Positions 24,412 through 39,177 of a DNA stretch of 64,000 bases are shown here, one piece after another. Source of the DNA: Mytilus trossulus. Its lineage: Eukaryota. How positions within the stretch are numbered: position 1 is the first letter of the stretch; every line of letters starts with the position of its first letter. Both the position numbers and the translations under genes were made by a program. Under the pieces are notes generated by a model. It was not told the origin of the DNA, ran no database searches, and saw nothing but the letters and a program-made list of their open reading frames with translations. The DNA lies in the NCBI RefSeq assembly GCF_036588685.1, contig NC_086382.1, forward strand, positions 32,922,001 to 32,986,000, written 5' to 3'.

Positions 24412-25369
24412 GGCAGTGTCTGCGCGTACCCGCATCCGGGTACGAATAGTCAAATTGCCGTTCTAGGCTGCGCGTACCCACATCCGGTTTTCTAATAAAA
24501 GGCCATCGAATCGGGAATGAAACGTGAAATATGTAAGAAAATTATCGATAGTATAGGGATTTCGTGTAGAACGAGTGAAGAATATGAAAAAATAATATTT
24601 TCAAATTGTATTTATTAATTAGAATTAAATGCACAATGATGGAAAATGAAACTGTACAGTCCCTGAAAAGAAAAAAGTAAAATAAAACTACTAAAATTAA
24701 AGCTGGAGTTTATAAAAATTAAAGAAGCAAGTTATAATATCAATTTAAACCAATTACAAAAGATTCATGTAACTAATTAAGATTTGGAACACATTTTACA
24801 TATCAAATATGATTGTTTTGGCACGGATTTCAACCCGGCTGCACAAATGTTGCCAGCTTCCGTTCACGTTTCATTAATCATTATTACTTGCTTCTTTAAA
24901 TTCTAATTTTTATAAACTCATGCTTTAATTTTAGTAGTTTTATATATTTTTAAATTTTAGTTTCTGTTTAACATTTTACTTAAAGATTATTTTAAAATAT
25001 CATATGGGTGTATTTTTAATTTATAAAAAAATTATTCTTTAAATTTGCATTAAAATTTTATAATAGTATTAATTTCTATCATGTTTTTCTTTTACAGGGA
25101 CTGTACAGGTTCATTTTCCATCATTGTGCATTTAATTTTGCAATGATTATTATGTATCATTATTTAATAAATACAATTTGAAAATATTATTTTTCATACT
25201 TTTCACTCGTTGTACACGATATCCCCATTTTATCGATAATTTCCGTAGATATTTCACGTTTTATACCCGATCCAATGGCATTTTATTAGAAAACCGGATG
25301 TGGGTACGCGCAGCCTAGAACGGCAATTTGACTATTCGTACCCGCATGCGGGTACGCGCAGACACTGCC
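24412..25369. mobile_element. Foldback / Mutator-like non-autonomous element, 958 bp, 9-bp TSD
   Basis: TIRs of >250 bp (GGCAGTGTCTGCGCGTACCCGCAT... / ...ATGCGGGTACGCGCAGACACTGCC). Perfect TSD TTGTTTATT at 24403-24411 and 25370-25378. Confidence 0.9.
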
Positions 25370-25948
25370 TTGTTTATTTCTGATAGAGTGACGTACGTCT
25401 TTATTTTATGTCCGTTTTGAGACTGGACAGAAAGAAGAAAAAACCAGTATGTATACGTTTTGTTTAGTTTGGAAGATTGGTTGCTATCGGCTGAGGTTCC
25501 TGTACACATTATATAATTTTTTAGAATTTGAGGTGTTCGGCGGTGTTCGGTGGTGTGCTGTGGTGTTCGGTGGTGAAAAGACCCACCCTATATATGACAT
25601 ATATGTCCTTGTACAGAGATACAAAGTATGAAGATGAAAAAATCACTCTCTTTCATTCTACTTTCTTTAAATGGAATAGAAAGGTCAGTCTTTCTGTGAT
25701 AAAAGAAGGAGAGAAAAATCAGTGATAAAGAAAGTGAGAGAAAGTCACTGTTAGATTTCCCGCCAATAAAAGCTAATCTGGTACCTATTAAATTATCTGG
25801 TATCTGAACTAGTTTAAACCAGGTTATACCAAAACATCTGAGATCTTCCGAATAGAAATTTACGTCAGCGGAAACTAAATCGAAAGTTGAAAAGTCGCAC
25901 TACAATCGCAGAAGTTCCTGTTGTCAGAAGTTTAAGACAAGTGTAAAG

Positions 25949-26027
25949 ATGTCGATCCCGTATTTTGTCAGTGTTATATTGATATTCTGTTTCACACTGT
26001 CGACCTTTCCTACCAGTAATGGAGAAC
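25949..26027 (+). CDS. Gene 5 exon 1: signal peptide of a multi-exon Cys-rich CD164/endolyn-like glycoprotein (3' end lies outside the window)
   Basis: MSIPYFVSVILIFCFTLSTFPTSNGE then C|GTAAGT phase-1 donor. Confidence 0.85.
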
Positions 26028-27337
26028 GTAAGTGACCTACAAAACTCAAATAAAAACAAGTGACACGTGTGTGCTGGTGTGTGACAAATAAAATTTGTTG
26101 TCACCTGATGATACATGGTCATCATAAGTTATTTATGTAATTTTAACCTTGAATCACACCTGTGTACACAGCAATGAGCAATTCTGCTAATTCTCAGTCC
26201 AGACATATCTAAAATTCTGCTAGAAAATCATAACAACTTTTTAGGGGTATATTTGAAATCGTTTAGAAATTTAACATTTACTGTTTACAAACATCTTCAA
26301 AAAATCTAGTTTGTTGGCACCAATGAGTTGTTCTTACCTGGGACAATGGTGTAACAGCGCAAAAAAATTAGAACAAACTAATGAAAAACATTTAAAGACA
26401 AACAAGAATGAGAAACATTAACTCGAATAATTACAGCGCCCCCTGTCCTCCAGAGTGTCATTGTCCTCCAGAGTGATCGAAGTGATCGTAATATAAAGAC
26501 TGGATGATTCGGGTTAGAGAAACATAAAAAAATATATGACTAACACTCAATTACAGGCTCCTTACTTGGGACACCCCTAAAAGGCACTGGCGCACATATA
26601 CAATGTAGAATGTGATGAGGTTAAACTAGTTTAAAGGTGCTGAACCTCCCCTAACCAGAGACAGCTAGTGGTGTAACAGTACAACATACATGACATAAAA
26701 ACAAACCTAAAAAATCAAGGGCTCAACTACTGTCTTATTAGATGGATATACAAACAGAAATACATCTGACAAATACAGGGAGAACATGGTAGGATACTTA
26801 CAATGTATACATCCCCACAGCAAAATTACATCACCCTTCCAATCGATTTACACATTAAGGGTAAAGAGGTCATAAACAGTCAAAGAAAACATGACTTTGT
26901 GCAATGCCATGATACATGTATTGGAGACTCAGTCTGAGGTACATGCATGTATGTTTAATTTCCATGAAGGTCAGTGAAGGTACAATGTACACCAAATGTA
27001 GAACTGAGTTGCTGCTACATTGTATGTAGAGTTACAATGTTTGTCGAGAACAAGTCGGTGAAGGTAGAACTGAGTTGCTACTATGTAGAGTTACAATGAG
27101 AACAGGGTTCTCTGCAAATATTTCATTTAGCATCCTAGGAAAAACAGGCAAATTTGAAATGCCATGTTGTTTCTAAAAATAAACTTAAGCATCACAGCCA
27201 TATTATGTTATAATCAATTCAGATAGCATCACAATCAATAAATATAGCATCATATTATCAAGATGCTAAAAGGCCTTGCATTGGGGATAACACTGAAAAG
27301 TAACTATTTAAACCTTAGTATCCATGTATAAATAGCA

Positions 27338-27525
27338 GGCATGGGGTAATCCTAATCAGTAATCGTAATCAGCTGTAATCGATTACATTTTGCAGTAAAA
27401 TCCTACATGTATGTAATCAGTAATGATTATGTAATCGATTACATTGCAAAAAACAGGGGTAATCATGATTACTTTCAGATTACTTTAAGATTACATTCAT
27501 ATGATTACTTGCTGATTACAATTTA
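27338..27525. repeat. GTAATC/GATTAC motif cluster, probable DNA-transposon terminus
   Basis: Many direct and inverted GTAATC motifs following CAGGCATGGG. Confidence 0.5.
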
Positions 27526-30500
27526 AATCTTGTATATATATGAAAATAGTTTTTGAAAGACAAGTTGAAAATAAGAAAATGTAAAGCTTGAAAGAAAAAT
27601 TATGGAAGTAGTATTCACAATTATGGGACCTTGTTTAATGTGATAAATTGTATCATCTATGTAACAAATTTGTATAACGAAGTGTTTTATTTTGTTAACA
27701 GTTTACCAAGGAAATTGCCTCTCCAATATTTCGTTGTGAGATTGATCTCTTATGAGACAAGAATATGCCTTGAAAGCATTTTTTCCCTTGATAGAAAACT
27801 TCTGATATTAACTCCAAAAGGAAATCCTTTTCTTCAGAATGGCAGTAACTTGGGGCTATGGGCAAGTCGTGGAAAGATAGGCAATACCATTTACAATGTA
27901 CCAAAAGATAAAACATAAAACAAAACATAATGACATGAGTTCAATATGAAAATGAGACCATGCTGCTTAAAACAATATTTCCACAACCTCTTTCCTTTTT
28001 TTCATCAATAAATATGTATTGCAATCACAAAAGAGAGCAGAAGAGTCTTACTATATTTTGAAGGGAACTGACAAAACAAAAAAAACACACCACCATCACA
28101 TATGTAGAGTTGGGGTAAAATCACCAATGAGAAAACTGGACACCAGAGTTCAAATGAAGTTGTCTGAATTTTAGCGAAAAAACGCAACTGACAACTGTAC
28201 ACTCTTCAACAACAACCCCCCCCCCCCCCCCCCCCCCCCCTGGATCCGCCAATGATAATTAGTCTGTTCAGGGTGAAATATTCTCTGCAAAATATGTAAC
28301 TGTTTGAAAATTAAGTTGAAATAAGAAAATTTCATCTTTTATTTCATATTTGATTGTTCCAAAATCAATGAAAGTCTTCTACATGTACATGTTACAATAT
28401 CTACACTTTTATTAGGTTGATTTCTATTAACACAGCTCATATGTTAATGACAGATACTAGGAAACTACTAATTCTTCCTTGTATCATGTTTAAAGAGAAT
28501 ACATGATATAAAGTATTGATCAATATTTGTTGTAAATTCTGACTCTCCATTTATTTATTATCATCTTCATTATCAACCTTGAGGATCTTGTTTAAAACAG
28601 GAAACTGAGTTATTGAATTTAAATCTATTTTCATTCATTTATGATTGATTGGTGAACAAGATGTATTATATTTAAGCCTTTAATCCAATTTAAAAAAATA
28701 TGCCTTTAAATTTTATTTTTTTTGGCAGCATTAGCAATGATTGATTTTTATCAATTTCAAATCCCTTTAAAAATGAGCAAAAACTGTTTCATACTATTTG
28801 ATTTGGCTAACATTTTATTAAACTTTATAAGCAGCAACGAAAATATAAATCACATCTGACACTAATGTCATTTAAGAAAACAAAATTTACTTGATTGAAC
28901 ATTTATAAGAATTTTAAAATTTATCTTTCCGGATACATATATATTATAATACATGTAATATAATAATTATTATCTTAATTTGACAGTAAAAGAAAATTCA
29001 GACATTCTTAGTTTTATAATATAAATATCCTAGAAATGACATGAATGACCAATGGCAAATTTTTTGTTTTTCAACCAAAACTGTGATAAGTTTGATTACA
29101 AGTTTGTTTTTTTAAATAATTTCGATTAAAGAGACTTTAATTTTAGTTTGAAAAACATTAAAGAACTTGATTTGAAATCTAGTTGTAAAAACTGAAAACA
29201 TTTCTTATGTACTTATAAAGAGTTCAGAGTGCACTCTTTATATATGTACATTATACAACATTTATTGTGTTTAGTTTATAAGTATGTCTGCCTTAGACTT
29301 GTAGGACATCAGATAATTAATTGCAAAGTTGGTGACGTGAGACCTTCAACTTAAGTAGGAAGATTTAAGTCATGTGATGTTATTACTTTGATTTAACAGC
29401 AATCAATGTTGACTTCATCATTCTATTTGCGTGCGTTATAGCTAATTTCCTAATGCTTGTAGAGTAAAGCTTTGGTTGGCTAGCTAACTTTGTAAATGTT
29501 ACCTCAAGCTTTGTAACTAAGATTGACATCATCAAACAATATATATATATATAGGCATAATTAAACCTGTATATATTATATTTAAATTTTTATTGGAAGC
29601 TATTTCAATTACAATTGTACAATATACATACAAAGCAAGCAAACTAACCAAAGTCTTGCTCTACATGCAGTAGTAAATAAGCTGTAAAGGCAAAATTATG
29701 TTATTTTTTTGATTGACCAGTAGGATCATAGAAGATTCTTTAATATTAAGTTCTGAAATAAAATTGGTTTGCTTGAATAATGCGGAATGTTACAGTGTGT
29801 ACATATATATATGATCCCAGACATGTGATTCATCTAGAGGGAGTCAAAATCTCTTGATTTTAAACCTTCTTCCATCCTTCACATTTTTAATCATTCAAAT
29901 CTTCTGTTTTAACTTTTTTCAAAATTTCAAACACTGTGCGACATCAATGTAAACAAAAAATGAAGACTGACAATTTTTTTAGGCCAATTTTTTTGGGCAT
30001 CAATAATTGTCAGTCTTTATTTTTTGTTAACATCGATGTCACCATGAATTGCATGTATGTTATTTTGTGTCACTGATGCAGGTAATATTTTATGCATGTA
30101 AATCAAAGAACTGGTGCATTTGTAATCCCTCAGTACTTCAGCCTAGTATTAATATTTGGCACTGGAGTTTACTATTAAAATAGAACAATCAATATCCAGC
30201 CAAAAAATGACTTATGAGACACTATCTATCAAGTGTTTTCCTTAAAATTATTTTCCAGTTGTAGGTAAAATGTAGGTAAAATTAGGAAGTTAGATACTAA
30301 TCAACTTATAAAATCAAAATTTTCTTCATTCAGCTACATGTATGTTATCAACAAAAAGTAGTTGAACTTTAAACTATTATTCAAGGATTAGTATGACATT
30401 TTGATGATTTAGGTATATTTGTAAAAATAGTCACTAGAGATCAAATTATTTTGTGCAATTTTAATAAGATGTAACTCAAGCAGAACTTTATAACTCATCT

Positions 30501-31490
30501 TTTGAAATCAGTATCCTGTTGATAGTTTCACAATTTTGTCATTGAATTGATACTTGTATGGCATTTCTAAAATACTATCTTTTATATTAATATTATCCTT
30601 TTTATTTACTGTACAGATTTTTTAGAGAAAAAATAAAATGATTGAGTTTATTCATTAATAGAATCAGACATTTTGAAGATTTTGTGAAGCAAGATAATCT
30701 TATTTTTTTTTAACTATCTGATTGAAAGCATATCTGACATGTCTGACATGTACACATTCATGACATTGTTTTCGTAGGAAGGTTGTTAATATAAGGAAAT
30801 AGACATTAAAAAAATATGTGTAAAAATAAAAAAAAACTTTAGAATCTATTCTTAGTATTTTGTTTTACTTGACTTGATAAGGAAATTGCATTGTTAGTTG
30901 ATAGTAGATATGTGAAAGTCTTGAAGTCTTTTTAAAACTTTGGGTGAAATTGAGCTTGTATCTTATAGTATACTGTAGATTCATTTATGTTCTGAATTTA
31001 AATTTTCGTGGATATTTAATTCCTAAAAGACTGTATAACACGCTATCAGAAAGAAACTATATAAGTACTTCGTTTTACATTTTAAATCATGATTAACCTA
31101 TACCCACTAAATCCATGAAATGAAATTTGATCCACAGTACACACTGTCCTTGGTTGAAAACACTATGTTGACGCCAAGATGTCCGTCAGGTTTTTTCTGT
31201 GTTATTTGAATACTCTTCTGTAAAATTTCAAGGTCATAGCAGGCACGGGCATGTAGCAGGAATTTACAATCATACTCAACTTTAGCAGTTTCAATTAAAA
31301 CAGAACATCCACTTTAACAATGCTTATTTTTTTTCAGTTGGGGAGAGGGAGGGAGGGTGGTGGTCCCTGGATTTTTTAGGAACCCCTTGAACCTCCTGGC
31401 TCCCTTTATGCAGGGTTGTCTATATTTCACATATTCAGAACTTGTGGTCATAATTGTTGTCACACAGTCCATTACAGTCTTCTGAATGTC

Positions 31491-31990
31491 ATATCGTCGC
31501 TGTTATGCAAAAACCTCGTATCTCAATTTTTTGCAGAAATCTTTTTATCGATTATTTAGGATTAAATATGTATGTTCCACTGTATGCGAAAATATCTGAT
31601 CTTCTAACCAATCGTTAATCCGAATTCTGACATGTGACGAAAAAGTGTAGTCGGATTGATGAGACATTTTGTTGTGAGAAAATATCGTATCTCAAAAGAA
31701 AAACACTTTGCACGGCAGCTGACATTATAACACGTACAGTTTTATCAATTTTAGATTCTCAAAGCTAATATATTAGCTTAAAAATAATGAAAAGCTTTGA
31801 AAATACAATATAGGTGCAGAAATTTTTGCTCGTCTTGGTAATTGATTGGTTAAAAGATAAGATATTTTCGCATACAGTGGAACATACATATTTAATTCTA
31901 AATAATCGATAAAAAGATTTCAGTTTTTACTGCCTGGTGTAAAATTATCAAAACCATAGATACGAGGTTTTTGCATAACAGCGACGATAT
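31491..31990. mobile_element. MITE with ~33-bp outer TIRs and ~60-bp inner inverted arms
   Basis: ATATCGTCGCTGTTATGCAAAAACCTCGTATCT pairs with AGATACGAGGTTTTTGCATAACAGCGACGATAT. Inner arms 31537-31597 and 31860-31921. Confidence 0.85.
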
Positions 31991-32867
31991 GATTTATTAT
32001 AATTGCATATGGTCAGATCATATGTTTTTGTACATCATTTGAATTGGTTATGTATATAGATATAAGAAGATGTGGTATGAGCATGATTACTCATCATGAG
32101 TGCCAATGAGACATGCATGCTTTTTCAATGATAATTGTGACGTCACAATGCATTCTTTAAAGTGTGAAAAAACTATAAAAGGAGGATACTGAAAGCCATA
32201 TGATCAGGAAGTTTAAATGCTGTCATGCTAATTTTCAAAAAAAAAATCTATTAGTATAAAATTAAACCAGAAATAACCAGTTTATACATGAGCAGTTTTA
32301 AAATAGATTTAAAAAATAAATAAAGCTACAATGTACTTGTATACATGTACATGTATAAGTCTAAGATTACATTGTATAATTATTAAACATATTGTATTTA
32401 TCACCTTGATTAGCATATTTATCTACAAAAGGCTAATCAATTTCATATTTCATACCTATCTTAGAATTATCATATATCCTTGTTTCTAAGAGTACTATGA
32501 ATACATGTTTACCTTTATATCCAAATTAGAAATATTTTTATTTGCCCAAACCCTATCCAAAGGTTGGGTCATAGGGTAGGTAGGTACATTGTGTAGACAG
32601 GCATTTAATTTTTTCAGCAAAGATAAATTGAAGAACAAGATGTTTTATAGTTTTGAGTAGGAAGCTATTTAGAATTACAAAAGTTCTAAATTTTCCCATT
32701 AGAATCAGAATAAATCTATCATGCCATGCCCTCTATGCTCATTTTAACATGGGTAGTCTTTATGTTTATCAATATTTCACATCTGGCTTACAATTGTTAT
32801 AAAGATATTAATTCCACCGTCTTTTTTATTTGATTTACCCATGATTATGATCTTTCTGTAATTTCAG

Positions 32868-32969
32868 CTGTTAGCTGTGAAACGCAAAACCAAACAGCCT
32901 GCTGTAAATATGCAGAATGTGCATACATCAACTGCACAAATGTTACTGAAGTTACAACTTACCATGAAG
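32868..32969 (+). CDS. Gene 5 exon 2 (102 nt): Cys domain 1, first half
   Basis: TTTCAG| (P)VSCETQNQTACCKYAECAYINCTNVTEVTTYHE G|GTAAGT; phase 1-1. Confidence 0.88.
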
Positions 32970-35376
32970 GTAAGTCCACATTACACAGAGGCAGATTTAG
33001 AGGAGGTGGGGGACCAGGACCCCTCTTTTGTTGGAAAAATGGGTTGATTATATAGAGAATCACTGAAGCCTGAGTACTCTATATGGCAGTCTCAGTGCCC
33101 CTCTTTGAATATTTCTAGATCTGCCACTGTTACATGTACCACGAAAAAAACAGAATTTGGGTCTTGGGAAAGGTGGGTCATTAACTATGAACAGGTCTGA
33201 TGTTTAAACCCAATTCCATTAAAATATAACATTGAGTTTAGAAACACTCAAACTTTGCATATAAAAAAGAAGGTGTGGTTTAATTGACTATAAGACGCCT
33301 CTTCACAAGAGATTAAATGACACAGAAATTAACAACTATAGATTACTGTACAGCCTTCAACAAAAAGCAAAGCCCACACTTTACAGTCAGCTATAAAAGG
33401 CCACAAAATGACAAATGTATGTTGTGTTATGAAAATTATATTTTGAAATGAAAACTGCGTACACAATGTGTTCTTATTGGTCAAGGTTATAAGTCATCAA
33501 AGATGCTGACATGGCTGAAGGGAATTAGAATTCAAATGTTATCATTGATCTGTCCATCAATCCATTGTTTGCCTTTTTTCTTCATCGAACTTTATTCACT
33601 GCCTGACAATAGTTAATTCTCAAATCTTATCAAAATGCATTAGTGACAGTTTTTGGGTTGATGTTTAGATAATCAATAACTGAAGATAGTTCATCCTTAA
33701 TGATAATATATTTGTCTTTATAAAATACATCTGAACTTCCTTTAACTTTTTAAAGACTGCCCAAGTTCATATTGCTATCACTGTAAAGGAGAATTATCTT
33801 TAACTAAAGGAAATAAAAAGGACTTAAAAGATTTCCTTAATTTATATACATCTTCCACTCAACAATGTTAACATATATAGATATAAGGAGATGTGGTATG
33901 AGTGCCAATGAGACAACTTATCTAATAGTATATGAGGAAATTTTATCATGTCATAAAATATCTGTTTCCCTGCACTGTCAAGTGACTGTCTAATTCATAA
34001 AACACATGTTACTTACATGAAAGTATTAATATCATTATCAATTTATTATCAACAGCAATATTTTTCTGAAACATCAATTCCATATCTGTTACTGTCATGG
34101 AATATGCTAAAATGAGGAATAAGTTTGTAATTCAAATTTTATTAAAGCACAGTAAAAAAAATAAATTTAGAATTAGAAACATGACTCATGAGCAAACTTT
34201 CACAGCTCTGGCCATAACCATGATAACATCAACTACTGCTTGATAATTATGTAACAGCACTAGCTCCATATTTTATATTTTGTATTGTGACAATGTTTGA
34301 TATCTTCTGGTCAGGTTTACTGCTGGTATATTGATATACATTTTTGTCTTGCCTTGTCAGTTGCCAATAAGTGAGACATATTTGTCATTTAATTTCTATG
34401 GAGATTGTTTGGTCCTGTACCCTCAGTCATGGTTCATTGACCTTGAATGCTTTTCATAATTTATATGTTGATGTAAAAAATGTACCGTTGCTATTTTAAC
34501 TTTTACATTTGTATTTTACTATCAAAATAAAATAGTTTATTTGCCCTCGTTTTCATGGACATCCTAGAGTCACTGTGAAGTTTTAAGAATTAGCTACTAT
34601 ATATGATTAATTATAGAAGCTACCATATTTTCTGTAAAAATGGTTGTAAGTCCCCCCTTATATAAACATTACACACAGAATATTAGTCTTTAATATTCGA
34701 CTTTTCCAACAGACCCCACGAAACCCAAACAATATGGGAAAAGGTTACAATTTTACCTTCGCAATATATGAAAAGGTATACATATTTTAAAAAATTAAAA
34801 TTATATGAAAAGTGTGGGGTAACAGAACCCCAGCAACGCCCCAATAAATTAAGTATTAAAGAGGCCCCCCAGGCTAATAAAGATATATGTGTTATGACCA
34901 TTTAAAACAATGCCTGTTTTGTTTCCTTCTGGGTAGGTAGTTAAAACAGTTTTCCATTTTATTGGCTTGTCTATGACAATCACATTGTGACATATGTCTT
35001 AGATAAAGATGGGAAATAATAAAAAAAAAAATTGTTATCTGCTTGTTTTCAAGAAATTTTGATTTGAATATGGGAATTATGTTAATTTTTTGGGGGGAAT
35101 TTTCAAAAAGGAAAAGTTATACATTAACTAGTCAAATTGAGTTATGGCCAAATCTCTTTATTAGTATAGCTGCAGGAAACCAACAAATAGTTTTTGATTT
35201 GCCATTTCAAAATACAATGCATTTTGGGTAATAATTTTAAAACTGTATGCCAAAATGTTGTGATTGGTTAAAATCACTCTTAACAATGGAAATTCATCCA
35301 ATGATAATTCAGATTCTAAAATGTTCAATTGAAATGCTAATGGATACTTTGAGTCTCTGTTTAATTTGTTTTTCAG

Positions 35377-35445
35377 GTTGTCATGCCAAAGTCAACTTAA
35401 CTAAACTAGAAGGCGTTTGCAAGAAAGACACTGTTAAAACTATTT
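35377..35445 (+). CDS. Gene 5 exon 3 (69 nt): Cys domain 1, second half
   Basis: TTTTTCAG| (G)CHAKVNLTKLEGVCKKDTVKTI T|GTAAGT; phase 1-1. Confidence 0.88.
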
Positions 35446-36015
35446 GTAAGTTGTTATATTGAACAATACAAGTTCTTCACTGCATAATACAACAATTTAA
35501 ATGTATATATATATTGAGCATTTGTATCTAAACAAAACATCAGTTTAGAGATTATGAAATTCTAAATAGAAAAAAATGGCCACAACAATAAAATGTGCTC
35601 AGAGTGGTGTTAAACACCCATCAATAAACTAGTCATGTAATGCAATGAAGAGTCAAAGAAAAGAGGAGCAAACGGTACCAGAGAGACATACAATGTCAAA
35701 TTAAAAAACCAACAGACAAGCTAAGGCTAACAAAGAAAAAGACAAACAGACAAACAATTGTCCACAAAACACAACATAGAAAAATAAAGACTATTTTATG
35801 AGCAAAATTATTGAAAGTTTTATGTTGTTTTTTTCTGCCAAAAATGAAATTTGAATTGTGACTGTGACTTTCTTTGTATGCTTCTGTGTGTAAAAGCTAG
35901 GAAGAAACTCATTAAGATATTTCTTTGATTTAATATGACAAAACATGCTTGACAATGATATTCACAGTATGCAAGAGAATATGAATATATATTTTTGATT
36001 GGTTTTTTCTTTCAG

Positions 36016-36033
36016 GTTCAGGTCCAGAAGCAG
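36016..36033 (+). CDS. Gene 5 exon 4 (18-nt micro-exon): (C)SGPEA
   Basis: TTTTTTCTTTCAG| GTTCAGGTCCAGAAGCAG |GTATGT. Completes the split TGT codon for Cys 8. Confidence 0.78.
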
Positions 36034-37309
36034 GTATGTACAATATATGAGTGTCAGCTTGGGGGTTTCCTTCATTTCTGTATTCTTTAACTTTGATGCC
36101 ATTTCTTTCTATTCTTTTTGCCTCTTATTCTCTTTTGGTTATATTTGAGCACCTCTTTATTCTCTGGTCTTTATTTTTTTCTTTCAATTTTTCTCTATTT
36201 TTAGGCAGTTAAGCTGCCTTATGCGAGCACCCTGGTTTTGTGTGCTACCCAATAAATGCTGAAATACGTGCCATTGTTATCATCTAGCTGACTACTATAT
36301 TATTTATAACTTATTGGACATTTTTTCATACTTTTCATTCTGGATTACAAAAAATATGACCAGAAAAACCTTAAATGATCGTCGATTTTCCCAAAAGTTT
36401 TGAAGTTGCACATAGGAAGTAGAGCACATTAGGAATCCTTATGTAGTTTAAAAACCCCTGAGCTTTTGTCTAAGATGTCAAATAACAAATGTATGAAATA
36501 TTTAATCGCCGAAAATCTCTAATGACAAGATGTTAAGATTTCCCAAATTGCAAAAGTCGTAGGAATATTGTTTGTCGTCAATACGTAGTCAACTACGTAT
36601 ACATACGTCAGTATAAGTTCAACTGATCACGCTGTTGGCGACAATTTTGAATTAGAAGACGAAATTTTCGTATCTTTTCAATTAGGACGCAGGGGTTCAA
36701 ATTAGGGGTGGTCCGATGTCTGCGACCCTCCACTTTTGCAGTCGGACTTCTTACTTGGTTACTAGCTACGCCCGACATGCCCGAAGGACCTTAGAAGAAA
36801 AAAATAACTTTGCAAACATTTTTACCCAAAGTTTCCTAATAAACGATCTCAAACTCATTTTCATCATTACTAATCATGACAGCGATGTTCAATTTTTTCA
36901 ATCGCTAGCTTTATACAGAAAATCGCCGATAAATAATGTGTAAATCCGAGCAAAATCGTACCTCACTATTGGTCAATAACAAACCAAAATAAAGAAAAAG
37001 CAGAAAATATTTTGTACACCAATTTTAATGTCAAAATCAAATACAATGTGACAGCTGGGAACAGTTTTTCTACCAATATATATGTTCCTGGTATTAAACA
37101 GTATAAATTTTCTTTATCAGTGATAAATGTTGGTAATGCATGTTAAATGCTTTTCAAGTTAAACATATTTCTGCAATTTCAAGGGGTATTTTTTTTTCTT
37201 TAATACTTCCAGTTAAAAAAGCTGGAAGTTTCTTATATAAAAAAAGAAAGATGTGGTATGATTGCCAATGAGACAACTATCCACAAGAGACCAATATGAC
37301 CAAAACTTG

Positions 37310-37830
37310 GTAACGGTCAAGATCCCCCATCCTAAACCATATATATTCATATATGGGACAATATAACAAATCATATGAAATATAGGTGGATGTCGTGGGA
37401 GAATTTATAACGGTCAAGATCCACAATCTTAAACAATATATATTTATGTATGGGACAATATTACAAATCAAATGAATTATAAGGGGTCCCTATGGTCACT
37501 GTACACCCTCCTGTTTGAGAACTTGGAAAAATTCCAGATCATCACCCCTTGACCATATATATACTCATGTATAAGACTACATAACAAATCAAATGAAATA
37601 TAGGGGAAGTCCCTATGGTCAGCCTACCCGTAAGGTTTAAGAACATTGAAACAGATGGGATCCCCAAACTCTAAATTAAATGAAATATAGGGAGAGTCCC
37701 TGCAGTCACCCTACCCCTCCTGAATGAGAAATTGGAAACAGTCGAGCTCCCACCTTTAAATTAAACCATATATATTCATGTATGAGAACTAATCAAATGA
37801 AATATAGGGAGTGTCCTTAGGGTCAATCTC
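37310..37830. repeat. Degenerate ~100-125-bp tandem repeat, ~5 copies
   Basis: Recurrent AACCATATATATTCATGTAT..ACAAATCAAATGAAATATAGGG. Confidence 0.65.
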
Positions 37831-39177
37831 ATAGGCGACACATATGCATATCACTTTGCTAGACCCCAAAACCTGTCATTTTATTCCAAACTTAGACATT
37901 ATGGACCTGGGGTGAAGGTAAGAGTCATTTACATTTACTATGGACAGGTCAGTCAGACCTCACCGTTGATCCCTGTAGTAGTAAACATTTGTCTGATTTG
38001 TAACTTTTGTACAACACAAACTTCGTTTTCTTTCCATGGAAGCAAGTCCATTCATACTTTTACAAGCTCGTACTAAAGTCAACTTGAACCACTAACAGTC
38101 AACTAATATGAACAATTACGATCAACTAGAAGAACTGCAATCATTGCAAATTTGTACCATTGCTGACTCATGAAAGACGCATGACCATTCATGGTCATGT
38201 GCGTTGCTATTGAACTCCTTGATAAAATATGAATTATTTGCCTTAATGATTAATTCATTAAATGAACATAAATGTACAATTATATATAAATGTTTAATGT
38301 TTGTTCTTTTAAATCTTTAAAAAAAGGTTGAAGCAACATTGCTACAGTTTTTATAATTGTGTTTGCCTTGGTTTTTGGTTAACTGCCTACAGTGCTTACA
38401 GCGCTTTGATTTATATTTTGTGCTCACTATTCTCTACTTTTTAAACCCCCATCCACACCTTCAGTCTCAAGTATATTCAATGTGAAAATAAAAAATGTAT
38501 TTGTAAGAGCTTTAGAAACAGGACCAAAAGCAAGGCTTGCTGATCTTTCCTCCAGACAATGTATATTTAATGTTTTTATCCTGCAATTTACACTCGGTAC
38601 TTGAGCTTATGTTGCTTAAATTCAGACAATTGTCAGTGGTTTTTCCAAAGAAATCAACATATTGAAATGCAGACAGGGAAGAGGACATGTAAATGAACTG
38701 TTACCACGAAAAAAATATTCACATTACCGCTTGCTCAATATGGAAGCATGTAACAGGAGACTTAGAAAAAAACATCTACAAATTTCCATTGTTCATGTAC
38801 AAGTTAGATTGATGGAGCATCATGCATGTATATTGTACATTGTTCTATCATATATTCAAATTGTTATTTTCAAAAATTTAGATGAAAATTTTAACATCAA
38901 AGAGATTTTTAATTGGACGTGTGTGTGCCTAATCTAAGTTGAAATAAAATCAATCAAAATAAAATAGCTACAAAGCATAATTTGCTTATTACTTTTCCAT
39001 CAAATGAATAAAATACTGTATAGCAAGCTGCAAGCACAACAACATGTGAAATAAAAATTGGTAAGATGTGATTGGGTAAGCTGAAACTAGTTCATGTACA
39101 CGAAGTGTAAATATAACTAAAAGCAGATATAAAATATAAATTCAAATGAATTACTTATTTGTATCACTATTTTACAG

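Noticed and set aside
25756-25764. E2F-like TTTCCCGCC upstream of gene 5
   Set aside because: A single short motif with no supporting evidence.
26028-32867. Additional exons (e.g. an N-terminal mucin exon) in the 6.8-kb first intron of gene 5
   Set aside because: I found no convincing acceptor-exon-donor unit. Further micro-exons cannot be excluded without transcript data.
36202-38389. Possible TIR element TAGGCAGTTAA ... TTAACTGCCTA
   Set aside because: Only an 11-bp inverted match and no TSD, which is too weak to call.
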